A DNA stretch of 64,000 nt from the human T2T-CHM13v2.0 reference genome, Homo sapiens (GCF_009914755.1 NC_060939.1); one strand, 5' to 3'. Counted from the first letter of the stretch, positions 27,101-39,910 are shown. Numbers and translations: made by a program. Notes: generated from the letters alone by a model not told the origin.

Positions 27101-27589
27101 GCTCTAGGATGCTACAATTTTTATTTCAAATGCTCTTGTACCAGGATCTGTCTTTTCTGTGGATGATGAACAACTCAAGGGGAAGACTTGTTCAACACTG
27201 ATCTTTGGGCCTATTCCAGCTCCTAGCAGTAGTAGACATTCAATATTCTGCTCCCAATGGTCCCAGCTCCCACAGGCAAGCCCCAGCGCCTGGGATCTGG
27301 TAACACCCACTTCTCTTTGTCCCTGCAGCCCTATTGGTAGGGCCTGCTGGAGACACTTCCTGAAGCATCATTCCCCCTCCAGAAATAGAAACTACAGCCT
27401 AACAGAGTAAGTTGACTTGCCTAAGGTCATGCAGTTAGAGATTCAAACCCAGATCGTTCCCTGCAAACTTAACACTACCCTCTCATCCTTCCCAAACAGC
27501 CTGCCACGCAGAGGCACCAGGATTGCCCCTGGGCTCTGAGGAGCTGAAATTATTTCAGTAGCAGAATCCCAGGACCAGAGGCAACTCCC

Positions 27590-27900
27590 CAGGAATGTTT
27601 GTTGCGTGGGGTTTATAAGCAGCATTGGTCTAATAAAATAACTTCTGAACATCTCACATCCCCTAATTACTTGTCACAATAATGTGAGGCATCTCCCCGT
27701 GTGCTTGTTTTTCCCTTTGCTGTCACAGCGCGGGAGCTCCTGGGCCCGGGAGGCGGAGATAAATATAGCCGCTCATTTACTCACCAGTTGGGTTGCCTGA
27801 ATGCACAACAATACACGTCACCACCCCGACACGTGCAGAGCCCATGCACACGCACATGGAGAGTATTGCCGTTTGGACCACATGGCGTCACTGACACTTC
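27590..27900. promoter_or_regulatory. Candidate CpG-retaining regulatory element
   Basis: 13 CpGs in 27601-27900 in non-repeat DNA; AGATAA, CACGTG (27830), two CGTCA half-CRE sites. Confidence 0.35.
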
Positions 27901-28070
27901 CTGGATCAACCCTGAGAAAGGGGCATGAACTGGTCCAACATGATGCCAACTGGCCAGAACTGGGACCATTCTTTACTTTAGGAGTTACTGGGAGGCAAAT
28001 TTGGGTGTGATAGAAGGAGGAGTTTTTCTAAGGATGAAGCACTATCAAGGGTACTTTTTCACTAGGATAG

Positions 28071-28412
<342 letters not shown>

Positions 28413-28820
28413 TAAGTCTAAGACATTCTGTACTTAGGAATGTTCAACTCATTTCTCCTCAGCCTCCAGGAGCTCAGGTTGGAAGCACAGAAGAGCTGGG
28501 TGGGGCTGGGGTGTGGGAGGAAAGCAGAGCTCTTACACAACATTTCTGCAGTGTCCTCAAAGTCAACCTGCCACTTCCTCTTTAGGGTCTGATGCTGAGT
28601 TCAGTCCCCATCTCTGCCTCTCAGGAGGATCAGTAGCAGAACCATGAGGTGGTCTCAAATCTTTCCTTTTTGGGTCTACATTCTTATCCCTCCTCAGCTG
28701 CCCCTCCTGGTGCCCTGTGTCTGCCATGACTCTCTAACACCAGCACCCCCTACTAAGCCTTTTCCAGGGCATTTATTTCTCCATATTATGGTCTGGAGAC
28801 CTCAGATAAAATGCTCAAAA

Positions 28821-28821
<1 letters not shown>

Positions 28822-28860
<39 letters not shown>
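28822..28860 (+). repeat. (TG)n microsatellite, about 19 units
   Basis: Uninterrupted tgtgtg tract. Confidence 0.97.
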
Positions 28861-28861
<1 letters not shown>

Positions 28862-29518
28862 CCCTCCCACCGTATGAGTATACTGACAGAGCTATTCCCA
28901 AATTTTCCAGAAAACAGTTCCACCCCAGTATCTTCTAGACCAGCAGAAAACTGCTTCCTGCAGGCAAATTCTCCTAATCCTCGTGGTCTTGTTCAGAGGG
29001 TCCCTCTCCTTTGCAAGGTTGCAGGTGGATACAGAACTGAAATATCTGGTCAGGTGGCTTTTGGCCAGCTCATCCCAATATGGGGGTTCATCCCTGGGGT
29101 CACAGGACTCCTCTGCTTTCTGAAGTCATTCTGGGAAGCACCAGGGCTTGTGTGTGTTCACAGCACTGACCTCAGAACCCCATTGTCTCAGGTGTGCTAC
29201 AATGCCTTTGCCAGACATGAAGATTGATTGGAATAAGCCTTGGACAGGATAACAGTAAGTGTCCCTTGGAGCAGACAGAGAGGCCAGGTCTCTGCAGTGT
29301 AGATGTCTACCTTGGAGATTCTTTGATTCCCAGCACCTCTGCTCAGCCACTGGGGACCATTTGAGGTTCACTCACTCATTGGCTTTTCTCTCATTGGCTC
29401 TTTCTGAAAACTACTTTCTTTCTTGCCATTCCCTTTTCTGTCCCCTTCTATCCACTGACCAAGTTGAAGCTTGCTGCAGTGCCTTGGCAAGCCTGGAAAC
29501 CAAATAGAATACAAAATG

Positions 29519-29811
29519 AGCCTAACATGGCTCATGCCTGTAATCTCAGCATTTTGGAAGGCTGAGGTAGGCAGATTACTTGAGGCCAGGAGTTTGAGAC
29601 CAGCCTGGCCAACATAGCGAAACCCCGTCTCTACTAAAAATACAAAAAATAGCTGGGCGTGGTGGCGGGTTCCTGTAATCCCAGCTACTCGGGAGCTGTG
29701 GCAGGAGAATCATGTGAACCCAGGAGGCAGAGGTTGCAGTGAACCAAGATTGGGCCATTGCACTCCAGCCTGGGCAACAGAACAAGACTGTCTAAAACAA
29801 ATAAAAAAAAA
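29519..29811 (+). mobile_element. Alu (old S/J-like)
   Basis: Dimeric Alu; TSD aataca(aa)atgag. Confidence 0.93.
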
Positions 29812-29944
29812 TACAATGAGCCCAACTTGGGTAGAAATTGCATCTCTACTGAGTGTTATCTATGGAACCTGGTATGCACCAAACCTCTTCTAGGTTCAAC
29901 TTCTTTATCTGTAATATGAGGATGGTAAGATCTATCTCTAATAG

Positions 29945-30488
29945 ACAGCTGTCATTCTTGCCTACCCAGCAACGATGCTGCCATCATCTGGTGTCAACAC
30001 CATGATTTTCCTTTGAGGAGCCCATGTCATTCTCCCACCCAGTCCATGTGATTTTCTAGGGCTGATGCCCTCATTGCCAAAAGTGGGCAGCTAGCCCTGG
30101 ATTGGCCAGTGACAGTACTACAACCTTCTGGCCACAGTATTTGGTTCAGGAAAGGTCATTTGACCCAGGCCAAGCCAATGAGAGTCAGCTCTGGATTTTT
30201 GCTAAACCTCTGTTAGCTTGGGAATTTCTACAAAGGCAGAATATTAGTCTAGAGCTGCTGATGGCCACCTTTGTCCCCACATGAGTTATGCCCATCTGAG
30301 AATGAAGCCAATACAAAAGAAGACAGAAGTGAGAAACAGAGAAATTCCTCAGGACATTCTTTAAGGACCTGGATCTAGCCATGTCTGATGTTCATCCTTG
30401 AATGACTGAGCCAATAAACTTCCTCTTTAGTTTACGCTAGTTTGAGTCGGGTTTCTTTCAGTGGCAACTGAAACTCCTGACTAATACA
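29945..30488 (+). mobile_element. MaLR solo LTR (MLT1K-like) inside a MIR
   Basis: ttgcctacccagca...tgacccaggccaagccaatgagagtcag...agccaataaacttcctc...tgactaataca; MIR on both flanks. Confidence 0.82.
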
Positions 30489-31448
30489 CTACCTCAAGGC
30501 TCTTGTCAGAATCAAATGAAACAGCATATACAATCACCTAGCAGACTGCTGGTACATAATAGGAGCTCATTAAATATTAGTCACCTTCCCAACAAGAGGA
30601 GGCAGGGAAAAGTGCCAGTGGACACAAGACTGAGAACACAAGAAAGATGTATAACCAACAGAGCAAGAGCCTGGAGGAGCCAAGAAGGGATGAGATCAAA
30701 GCACGGTGGCAAGTTTGGACTGAGCAGAGAAAGAGACACTTCTTCCTTGCAGGCAGCGAGAGGAAACCCTGGGAAATGAAGAAAGGCTGAGGAGGGGAGG
30801 AGGGATGTTGGGGGACTTCACAGCAGGCTGCTTATTCCCCTCGAGTTTGGAATTAGGGTGTCCTCTGCAGAGTCAGGTCCATGAGTAAACCCAGAGCCTT
30901 GAGGTTAGTAGAGAAGGGCTGAATCAGCAGCTGTCACTGTTTAGCAGGAGAAAATGGGAGGTTGCTGCATAGCAGACAGCCTGCTGCCACTTCTGGGGAC
31001 CTAATCCAGACAGACTCATGCCTGTTTTCCTGTCATGTTTCTTTGGCCCTATTTCTATCTACTATTTGGGTCTTGAAAAGAGGATATTGTCGTGCTTCCC
31101 AGGAAACTAGCTCAGGGACCCAAACCCAGGAAGCTTCCACCCCCAAAACATACAACCCTTATTTTGGGGGGAGTCCTGTAGAGAGTCCAGCATCCCACCT
31201 GTCCTGATTCTGCTAGAGAAAGAGATTTCTTCACAATGGAAGCCATTCTTTCCCTTAAGTTCTTTGCTTCTGGGGCTCACTTTGCCTTCAGTAATCTCTC
31301 TCCACTCCATCCTACACACCAAAGACCTACACTAGTCCCAGCCTCTCCCTCTGAGGTGACTCATGGTAATCCTACCCAGCACCCAAGGCCAGACTCAAGG
31401 CAAATTGTACTCAATGCCCAGTTCAATCTCTCCTTTCTGCCTCTAAAC

Positions 31449-31791
31449 CAAGCTTGGCAAACTTTTTCTGTAAAGGTCCACACAGTACATAATTTAGGCC
31501 TTCTGGGCCATATGGTCTCTGTCACAACTAACTTCTCAACTCTGCAGTTGTGGAACAAAATAAGCCATAGACCACATGTAAACAAATGAGCATGGTGTGT
31601 TCCAATAAAACTTTTATTTATGGACATGGAAATTTGAATTTCATACAATGCTCATGTGTCATGAAATAGTATTCTTCTTTTGTTTCTTTCTAAAACATTT
31701 TAAAATGCAGCAATCATTTTTAGCTCACAGGCTGTACAAAAACAAGCGGTGGAACAGATTTGGCCCAAGGGTCATATTTTGCCAACCCCTG
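31449..31791 (-). mobile_element. MER58B (hAT-Charlie)
   Basis: ggcaaactttttctgtaaagg...gtgttccaataaaacttttatt...ttgccaacccctg; 8-bp TSD ctctaaac/ctctaaat. Confidence 0.9.
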
Positions 31792-31900
31792 CTCTAAATA
31801 ACAACAGCAATGGCTGCTGTTGTTAAATTCCTACTCCACACAGGATCTTGTACTTCTGTTTCCTGATTTAGTCACCACTTGAGCTTTATTAGGTCAGTTG

Positions 31901-32691
31901 TGAAACGGGAAAAGTTTCCTTATCCCCCTCACAGGGCATGCCATCAGGGTTTGGCTCACTTCAGTGCCCCACTGCTCATATCTCCAGGGGGAGCAGGCAA
32001 CCGGGCTGGTTGTGGGGAGCGTGGGCTTTGACCCCATAGCAGCATCTAGGGGTGAATATTTAAAGGTCCTGAGGCCGCAGTGGGCATGTGTTACAGTGTG
32101 CTCTTTCAGTTTAGCCATCCGCAGGCAGCTCGTGTTAATCAGCTCAATTAGATCCTCTGCCTTATTGCAAGGACAGAGGGCTTTCTGTATCCCAGGTTCT
32201 TGCCTTAGTGTAACGGAAAAATCAGATCACACATGGGCTTGGAGAATGAGTGCAAGGTTTTATTGAATGGAAGTAGCTCTCAGCAGACAGATAGGGAGTT
32301 AGAAGGGGGATGGAGTGGGAAGGTGGTTTTCCCCTTGAGTCAGGCTGCACAGCAGCCGGACTCTTTTATGACCGCCCCAGCCAAACTCCGCGTTGTTCCA
32401 CCAGTCGATGGCCTACCTACATCTGCCAGTGCCTGTGGGTGTGCTTTTCCTCCAGAGTGTTCCTCTTGATGTCCAGCCAGTTGTGCCTCTGCCCACTAGG
32501 GTCTCAGGGTTTTTATAGGCACAGGATGGGGGTGTGGCAGGCCAGGGTGTTCTTGGAAAATGCAACATTTGACCACGAAAGCAGAAATGCCTGTCCTCAC
32601 CTAGGTCCGTAGGCCCTGGCCCGGGAGTGGAGCCCTAGCCAGGGACCACACCCTTCTCCTCCCAGCACTTCCCTGCCTTCCTCCCATATCG
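31901..32691 (-). mobile_element. ERV1 solo LTR of the LTR1/LTR27/LTR28/MER52 group, inside a MIR
   Basis: tgaaacgggaaaagtttccttatccccctc...aaggttttattg...cacctaggtccgt...cccagcacttccctgcc...atatc; TSD gttg/gtag. Confidence 0.85.
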
Positions 32692-33649
32692 GTAGGATTA
32701 TCTCCATTTTCTAATGTAGAAAATTTAAGTTTCAGAGAGCTTCTGTGACTTGCCTCAGAATATCACACCCACTGGTAGGAATGCTGGGGTTCAGAGTCCA
32801 TCTGCCCCTGAAGTCTATCTACTTCCCCACATACTTTCCAAAGCCTCTCACATCTCTCTAAGCCCTCCTCCCTGCCTTGCCTCCTACTGTTCTGATTTGT
32901 AGGCATTTGTAATCTTCACTTAATTCCCCTACAGAGGTATAAGGCACCCAAGGGCAGGAATATGTCTAATTTGTTCCCCCTTTTGCTGCCTAGCCCTGTG
33001 GCCAGCCCATGTTAGCTGTTCCTCCTCTCCCTCCTCCTTCTCCCCTTCCTTTTCCTGCTCCTCCTCCTCCCTCTGCTGCCCTAGCCTGCTTCTACAGAGC
33101 CTGCTGGCACCTGAGCTATTTCCGGGGCCTTGTAAACTTTCTTTAACTTGGGAAGCCCAGAGTGGTGCTAGAAACCAGCAGTGCAATTACAGTGCTTTTA
33201 AACTGCCAGGCTCCTTTGTGTTCATTCCCCCAAGGGGCCCCTCAAAGGCTGGGATTGTGTTAGGTTAAGGAGGGAGGAGGTGCGGTTGCTCATCTTCATC
33301 AGGGCAGAGGAGTTTCCAGCTAATGCAGCAGCTGCTCACTAGGGGCCTGAGAGGAGGGGCAGCCCAGGAGGACAGCTCTATCCTCCCACGATAAAGTATC
33401 CAGGATTCTATACCTCTAAAGTTGGAACCTGGAAGTGGCCAATTGGAGGTCTTCAAAGGACCAGGAACAGCTGGGTGTGGGGTGGGGAGGCACAGACCTC
33501 AAAGTTAAGTTCATCTCCTTGGCAGAGGAGCCTGGAATTGGTCCTGCCTCAGTCCCCAGCTGCATCTCCAGAAAGGTACCTGGAGCCCCAGGCGCGTATT
33601 TGTTCATTAGATAGCCTGTGATATTGCAAAGCTGCTCTTGACTCCTGTG

Positions 33650-33750
33650 TCTGTCTTCTTCCCCTCCAGCCTGTAGCTTCTTGAGGCTCATAGACTGTGA
33701 CTTTTATGTCTCCAGAGTGGGTGCTTAACTAATGTTTGCTGAATGAAGAA
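33650..33750 (+). mobile_element. L2 3' end
   Basis: cctgtagcttcttgaggc...gggtgcttaactaatgtttgctgaatgaa. Confidence 0.65.
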
Positions 33751-33755
33751 ATGGC

Positions 33756-34072
<317 letters not shown>

Positions 34073-34789
34073 GAAGAAATGGCACAGGAGAAGCAGGTGC
34101 AGTCTGCAATGCATGGGGTAGAAAAGGGGTTCTTGACACGTCTACCTCACTTATGGCCTGGTATACCTTACTTAGGCTCAAAACTGCTCAGCAGCTCACC
34201 ACGGTTTTCGGGGGTAGGCAGGGCAATGTATGGTGAGGAATAGGGAATTTGGCAAGGAGGTAGCTGAGCTCACATCTTGGCTCAAGCCCACCAGGCACAT
34301 CCTGGAACTTTAGGGCTGCATGTGGCCACAGGGACGACCACTCTGCAGCTCTACCGTGCCCTCTAGGATTGGCAAATCTCCACCACCAAGAGCTCGGCCA
34401 CCCCCAGGGCAGAGAGAAGAGGCTGCTCCTCCAGTTTCTGGAGCTCCTTTCCTGAAAGCACAGTATGTTAGAGCTGGAGGGGACTTCAGAGCCATTCTAG
34501 ACCAACCTTCCCATCTAAATAAAAAGTGCAGGAAATGGATACCCAGAGCTCTGACGCATGGCCTCCTGCTATCCTGGCAAGATTGCCAAAAGTGGAGCAA
34601 GAAGACCTCCCAGGCCCTGTGTCATTGTGGAGGAAGGTGCGCTTTGTCCCTCAGGACTTGGCCTTCATCCTTCAAAGGGAGCAGGCCCTGCTTCCCCACA
34701 GAACTAACAAGATTGACAGCCAAACAGGCTTTTTAACCCTGTGGGGTCCACACAGAATAGGTGTGGGTAGGCAGATGCCCAGACAGCCT

Positions 34790-34960
34790 TTCCCAGGCCT
34801 GTCTGTGCATCAGAAGCAGCTAGGGATCTTTTTATAAGCCAATTTCTGGGCCTTTCCCCTGACAGTTCTGCTCCCATGGGTCTGGGGTAGGCCCCCACAA
34901 TCAGTATTTTTACAAGCCACTCAGGAGATGCTGTGGCAGCCACTTTAGACCATTGTTTAG
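34790..34960. mobile_element. MER5A/B-like DNA transposon
   Basis: gtgcatcagaagcagctaggga...gggtctggggtaggccc...agtatttttacaagc. Confidence 0.7.
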
Positions 34961-35334
34961 GAAGAGGAAGCTCTGGATTCACATCTTTACTGATAAGTGA
35001 TTAACAGCCTAGAAATGCCAAGAGACGCAATGCTAAGAACCTGTCCTTCCTCAGCCCCTCTCCCAGCTTCGGGTACATCTGAATGCATCCAAGGTGTGAA
35101 GGGACAGGTAAGGAGATCCCTCCTTAAGCTCCCCCTAGCTGGGGAGGTGATGTCCTTCAGAAGGATAAAGCAGGAGCCCTCTGAAGTTGCACCCTCTGGG
35201 GTGACTGTGTGGCCCAGCTTCCACCCTTGAGGGCTCTGCCCCCATGGCAATTCATGCCCTCCATACAATGAGGGGGGCCTAATCCAGTGCAAGGCCAGGT
35301 GCTGGGCCAGGGAGAAAGGACAGAGGAAGCCCCT

Positions 35335-35530
35335 ACTAAGCCTCTCTGAGTAAGTCTCAGTGAATACTCACAACCATCCTATTAGGGTTCTATTATTATC
35401 CCATTTTACAGGTGAAGAAACTGAGGTCCTGAGAGGCACAGTGGCTCTCTCGGGTCATCCAGTTGGTAGGCAGCAATGCCCATAGTCCATAGCTTCTGAC
35501 CCAAGACCAGTATTCTCAGCATCCCACCAT
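35335..35530 (-). mobile_element. MIR
   Basis: ctattattatcccattttacaggtgaagaaactgagg. Confidence 0.8.
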
Positions 35531-36299
35531 GGCCTGAGACGGTGGTCACCATTCTGACTGCAGGAGATGACAACAAACTAGATGCTCCCCTCCAAGGAAG
35601 ACAGCCCAGTAGGCTCAGAGATAGCCAAGAGAGGAGAAAGGAGGCCTATGGGTTCTAATCCCAGTGGAGCTTAGAAGGATAGCATCTACATCACCCCACT
35701 CTGCCAAGTCCCAGCCACCAAGCCAAGAGGAAAATTTTGCTGATGTGGTGTACCTCCCCACATCCGGCCACGGACCAGGGGAACAGATCGAGCTCGCAGA
35801 CCTAAAGTGCTAGATGAAAGCCCATTAATAAACCTTCTGGCAAGGCCCAACCTTATGTTCAAGGGTGCGCCATTCATAAATCTCTGCAGCGTGGTGCTCA
35901 AGCCTCTGCATCACAGCCTGCGGGAAGGGGAGGACCTGAGCAGCCTGCAGAGGAGGCCTAGAGAGGAGCCCCAGGACAGTGTTGAACCCTCCGAGGGTCC
36001 TTAGAGCCTGTCCACACCTAAGTGCTTCTCTCCAGACTCAGCAGCAGCAGGAACTGTGGAGGACACCTGGGCTATTCTTATCCAGGGCCCCCAGGTATTT
36101 TACACCTGGGAAGTTTCACAGCTCGGGGTTGAGAAATATCCCTGCCTGGAGCTCTGGAACCTCTGGCAGGTGCCAGGCTGGTCTTTTCATCTAGAAAATG
36201 GACCAGGTGACAGCCAAGATCCTTGCAACTCCACTATTTTAGGATGCCCATGAAATCCTAATTGTGAGACTCAGTTTCTCTTTTGGAAGGCTAAGGAAC

Positions 36300-36590
36300 A
36301 AACATATATGGAATAACCACTGTGATTCAGGTACCCTACACACTCCACCTCAGTGAATCCCTCAATAACCAGCAAGATAAGTCTTGTCATGACTCCCATT
36401 TTGCAGAGGTGAAAACTGAGGTTCACAAAAGTAGAATTAACTTCCCCGTGGAGCTATTAAATAACAGACTTAACGGCTCACATCCTTTTGGAACGTGGCA
36501 GGATGGAAGTAAACAAAAGTAACACAGAGGTATGATTCAAACTCAGGCTGCCGGGCCAGTAAAGCCCTTTGTTGTCTCCTAACTTCTTCT
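36300..36590 (-). mobile_element. MIR fragments
   Basis: cccattttgcagaggtgaaaactgagg...gattcaaactcaggctg. Confidence 0.65.
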
Positions 36591-36594
36591 ACAC

Positions 36595-36798
36595 TCATAG
36601 TTCTCAACAGGAGCAATGTTGTCCCCCAGGTGACATTTGACATTTTACGTTGTCCCAGCTCGGGAGGAAGAGATGCTACTGGCATCTAGTGCATAGGGGC
36701 CAGGAATGCTGGTAAGCATCCTACAGTGCACAGGACAGCCCCACCACAAAGAATTAATTGACCCAAAATGTCGATAGGGCCAAAGTGGACAAACCCTG
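36595..36798. mobile_element. MER20 (hAT-Charlie)
   Basis: gttctcaac...gctactggcatctagtg...catcctacagtgcacaggacagccccaccacaaagaatt...aaaccctg. Confidence 0.9.
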
Positions 36799-37039
36799 CC
36801 CTAGAGCCCCTGTAGACCGAGCAGACTCGGCCCTGGGCTTCCTGCTGCGCAGCACCTCTCAGGAAGGGCCAGACAGCTGGGGCAGCAATCTCCAAGGTAC
36901 CCTGTAGAATACTGGGTGGAAACAGCTGTTGTGGGGGATAGGGAATGGGGGTGGGGACTTGTTCAAACAACTTTGGGAAACAACAGATTCTGCGAAACCA
37001 AGATGTCTTTAGTGGAGGACTTCTCAGTGTGTTTATTTG

Positions 37040-37662
37040 TGTGACAGTCAGTTCTAGATGTCAACTTTATTTGTTTGTTTGTTTATTTTAGAGACAGGGT
37101 CTCGCCCTGTCACCCAGACTGGAGGCCTCAAACTCCTGGCCTCAAGCAATCCTCCTGCCTCTGCCTCCCAAAGTGCTCAGATTACAGCTGTGACCACCTC
37201 ACCCAGCTAGATGTCAACTATAAACACAAATCTAGGTGTTGTCATGAAGGTATTTTGTACATGTGATTAAAATTCATAATCAGTTGACTTTACATAAGGG
37301 AGATTATCCTAGATAATCTGTCCCCCAGAGGGACTAAGAAGCCTTATCTTATTAGACACAGCTAATAAGCCCCAGTCCCCTGGGAAGGGTGACTTTACAT
37401 AAGCGAGATTATCCTGGATCATCTGGGTTGGTTTGATTTAATCAGTCTGAAGGCCTTAGGAGCAGAGCTGAGGTTTCCCTGAAGAAGAAATTCTGCCTTC
37501 AGACAGCAGCTTCACCCCATGGTCTAGAATTCCAGCCTGACCTTGGGACTTCAGACTTGCCTGGCCAGCCCCCACAATTACATAAACCAATTCCTTGCAA
37601 TAAATCTCTTAATATGTATTTCCTACTGTTTCTGTGGCTCTAGCTGATCTCTGCCTGATACA
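37040..37662 (+). mobile_element. ERVL solo LTR (MLT2D/B-like) containing an Alu monomer and an internal duplication
   Basis: tgtgacagtcagttctagatgtcaact...gaaggtattttgta...cagacttgcctggccagcccccacaattacataaaccaattcctt...ctgataca. Confidence 0.85.
37067..37208 (-). mobile_element. Monomer-length Alu (FLAM_C or arm-recombined AluJ)
   Basis: About 140 bp; TSD ctagatgtcaact. Confidence 0.85.
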
Positions 37663-38895
37663 GTCTGAATCGTGACCTCCAAGAGTGGAGTATAGATAAG
37701 TTTATGACAATTCCCGAACTGATTTGGCCAGTGGGACTTTGAATTTGAGGAGCATCTCACAGGATTCACGTTCAGCAGATGCTTGCTTTCTCTCTCTCTC
37801 CAGCAAATACCGATGTAGGCAGACTGAGCAAGTCAATCGTAAAGGAACTTTAGCCCAGCTTTGGAGCCTCATGTCAGGAGTGCAACCATGTGCTCCCACT
37901 GTGGGCAGAGGGCCCTCAGTACTACCGTGTTGTCTGACAGTTACACAGTCTTGGATACTCACAAAACACACTCCTCGTATCAGTGCTGGGGTCATGCAGG
38001 ACTCACTATGGTTGACACCTCTTGTGCCCAGACCTCTGCTCTTGGCCGCTGTCCTAGTCTGTAAAGCAGAGCTAATAAGCCCCAGCCCCTGGAGAAGGGT
38101 GTAACGACAAAACAAGATTTATGCAAAGTACCTGGCACACAATGGGTGTTCACCCAGTGCCAACGCCCTCCTCTCTCCTCCCCTTTGACGACAAGCTGTG
38201 CTAAAACAGGCCTCCTACTATATAAGGAATAAGCAATGTTTTAAAACCACTCAAAATGTTCAACTGTTGCCAAAAGATGCTACGGAGCTCTCCCTAAGCC
38301 CGTGGCCCACCCTAAATGTAACAGGCCCATGTTTACAAACCCAAATCCATGCATCTCAGAGGCTCCCACACATATCCTAGCTGTCCCTCCTCAGAACTCC
38401 GTTTGGACAGTCTCTGGCAGCATCACCGGCAGCTGCTGCCTCTCTGGGTGTTCCTGCCACTCAGCCTGGGCCCCCGGCAGCTACTCATGTGTGGGAGAGC
38501 AAGACGGAATCAGAAGACCCTTCTGCCACCTGAAGACCGCCAGGGCTCCTGGCTGGAGAGTTCAGGCCAGGGCTCTGGAACCAAGATGTAAGAAACTCCA
38601 GCAGCTAAGAGCTGGGGAGCTGAGCATAAGCCATAGCTCTGGCCCCGTCTTTATCTTTCTGTCCTTCACTCTTGTTCTGTGTGCACTCAGACTCACACAG
38701 CCGGCCTCTCATCTTCCTACAACTCAGATATCCTGAAACAATCCAATCACACTGAACACAGCCCAGAACCAGGAAGGAACACAGGCTCCTTGACTGGACA
38801 GAACATAGGCAGGGCTGATGCTCTAAAGCTCACGCAGCTTGCACAAAGGAGAGCAACACAGCCCTCGCTTGGACCCTATTTATCCTTCCTTACAG

Positions 38896-39075
38896 CACTG
38901 GTTCTCAAACTTTAGGGACATCTGAATCACCAGGACAGCTTGTTAAATACATGGTCCCACCCCCAGAGTTTCTGATTCAGCAGGTCCGGGACGGGGCCCA
39001 AGAACTGGCATTTCTGACAAGTTCCCAGGTGGAGCTGCTGCTGCTGGGGTAGGGGCTGCACTTTACAGAGCGCTG
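38896..39075. mobile_element. MER5A
   Basis: cactggttctcaaacttt...gagtttctgattcagcagg...catttctgacaagttcccagg; 8-bp TSD ccttacag/ctttacag. Confidence 0.9.
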
Positions 39076-39099
39076 CTTTACAGCTTGGATAAGCCAAGC

Positions 39100-39550
39100 C
39101 AACTGAGTCAGTACCTGATTAGAATGGAATCGCTGAGCCTGTGAGTGTTGGGGGCGGGGCAGATGCTGATAGTGGTGAGGCCTGCCAATGCCAGGCTTAC
39201 TGACAGCTGCAGGAAGTGACAGTTGACAGCCCGAGAGCACAGAAAGAGACAGCAAACTATAAAAAGCAGACATAAGAACTCAAAAAGCAAAGCAGTCTGA
39301 AGCCATCTCAGTGCAATAAAATTATTACATACCCCCAAATAAATCCTGAGGAAGCCCTCTCTCTAAGCATCCTACTGGCATGTCAGTCATAGCGAAAGAC
39401 CCTGAAATATGACGAAAGCGATACTTACGCTGCTTAGGAGGGCAGGGAAATATATAATTAATTTTCTAAAAATCAACATCTAATTTGTTGGCAATAAAAT
39501 CTTCTGGGTGTTTAATGGATGATAAACTTGGCAATATGGAAGTTTTTTCT
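39100..39550 (+). promoter_or_regulatory. Candidate promoter/enhancer (AP-1, GC box, CCAAT, three TGACAG, ETS, TATA)
   Basis: TGAGTCA 39104, GGGGCGGGGC 39151, CCAAT 39185, TGACAG 39201/39217/39224, GGAAGT 39212, TATAAAA 39258. Confidence 0.4.
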
Positions 39551-39779
39551 CTGTGGACTAATTTATTTACTCAGTTACCTAGAATTTTACTTCGTGTGTA
39601 CATCTGTCGCGTGCACCTGTGTGTACATGTGCACCCACATGTACACACAAGTATATATTTTGTATAAATGCATTCACTACCACTAATTATTGCTACCCAT
39701 TCTCAGGTCTCATCTTAAGCACTCTTTAATCCTTAATCATTCTGGCCAAGTTAGGTCCCCAACTGAAGCTCTTTTAGAT

Positions 39780-39910
39780 GGACTATTGCATCTTTAATTG
39801 CTCCAACTCTGTCTTCCTCGCCACACTGTGAGGAAATAGGGTCATGACTGCCTGTTTTCCAGCCATTTCCCTAATAGAGTAGAACATAGTAGGTGCTCAG
39901 TACATAGATG
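39780..39910 (+). mobile_element. L2 3' end
   Basis: cacactgtgag...agaacatagtaggtgctcagtacata. Confidence 0.65.

Noticed and set aside
39421-39430. ATACTTAC resembling the U1 snRNA 5' end
   Set aside because: Only 8 nt match; the following sequence is not U1
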